64,000 nucleotides of DNA from a virus. Position numbers and translations under genes: made by a program. A model generated the notes under the pieces. That model did no database searches and had not been told where the DNA came from. It saw only the letters and a list, made by a program, of their open reading frames with translations. The stretch is taken from IMG/VR virus record IMGVR_UViG_3300024259_000012; one strand, given 5' to 3'. Below are positions 63,671-64,000 of this stretch, piece by piece. Numbering within the stretch: position 1 is the stretch's first letter; every line of letters begins with the position of its first letter.

Positions 63671-64000
63671 TTATTGTCCTGCTACTGCTCCACTACTGCT
63701 GACAATTAAGTATATAATACCCACAATCGTAACAATGCTTCCAACTCCTGGGACTCAGGCATACTTGATAGTAGAATACAATTTGGGCAATATTCCATCC
63801 TTGTCCGATGTGTCTTTTACTATTTTCTCAACGTCCGCTTTAATGAGAGATATGTTACTGCTCATTCCATTGGTGACCTTCGCCGTGATTAGTTTTAACT
63901 CGCCGGTCTGAACCTTCAGTTCATCAAATAGCTGAGTATTGACCTTCGTTTGTTTTTCAATAGATGTTATCAATTTATCATTTGAAGTGGCTGTTGCCAG
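63671..64000 (-). CDS. Coiled-coil protein with C-terminal TM (holin-like?), in-frame TGA 63755-63757 read as Trp; 5' end beyond window, 3' end uncertain
   Basis: ...LYSTIKYA*VPGVGSIVTIVGIIYLIVS. Confidence 0.55.

Noticed and set aside
1750-63757. Selenocysteine or a methylation-linked base-calling artefact as the explanation for in-frame TGA
   Set aside because: TGAs fall at Trp-like rather than Cys-like positions, upstream contexts are diverse, and long early genes keep TGG intact; raw reads should still be checked

Overview
This window is a 64-kb segment of a large (jumbo-type) tailed bacteriophage genome. It has no capsid or tail genes. It carries 8 tRNA genes, Hsp20, a MoxR-type AAA+/VWA pair, thioredoxin, two RNA ligases (Rnl1, Rnl2), NAD-dependent DNA ligase, CoaD, a TAGT/GREB1-like glycosyltransferase, HNH proteins and well over 100 small ORFs. 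Main result: the phage appears to use two genetic codes. Six genes that the ORF track shows as broken or misses read through 11 in-frame TGA codons, several at positions where Trp is expected. The clearest case is an HTH-HNH gene at 51884-52489 (4 TGA, no TGG). Several of these genes lie downstream of a TAYTTAT (putative late) motif. Genes behind sigma70-like early promoters use TGA as a real stop (many ATGA overlaps). Other unusual features: (i) a 5.3-kb translationally coupled array of 27 hypervariable Cys-rich YKQY microproteins (52724-58035); (ii) a 3.4-kb region (49.2-52.6 kb) with about 22 GGCGTC sites, flanking iteron-like repeats and three face-to-face promoter pairs enclosing no genes; (iii) a stand-alone ~200-nt tRNA-shaped RNA with a giant variable region; (iv) 12 copies of an early promoter/leader cassette. 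All family assignments are by eye from motifs, with no database searches. A few single-base frameshifts suggest possible sequencing indels.
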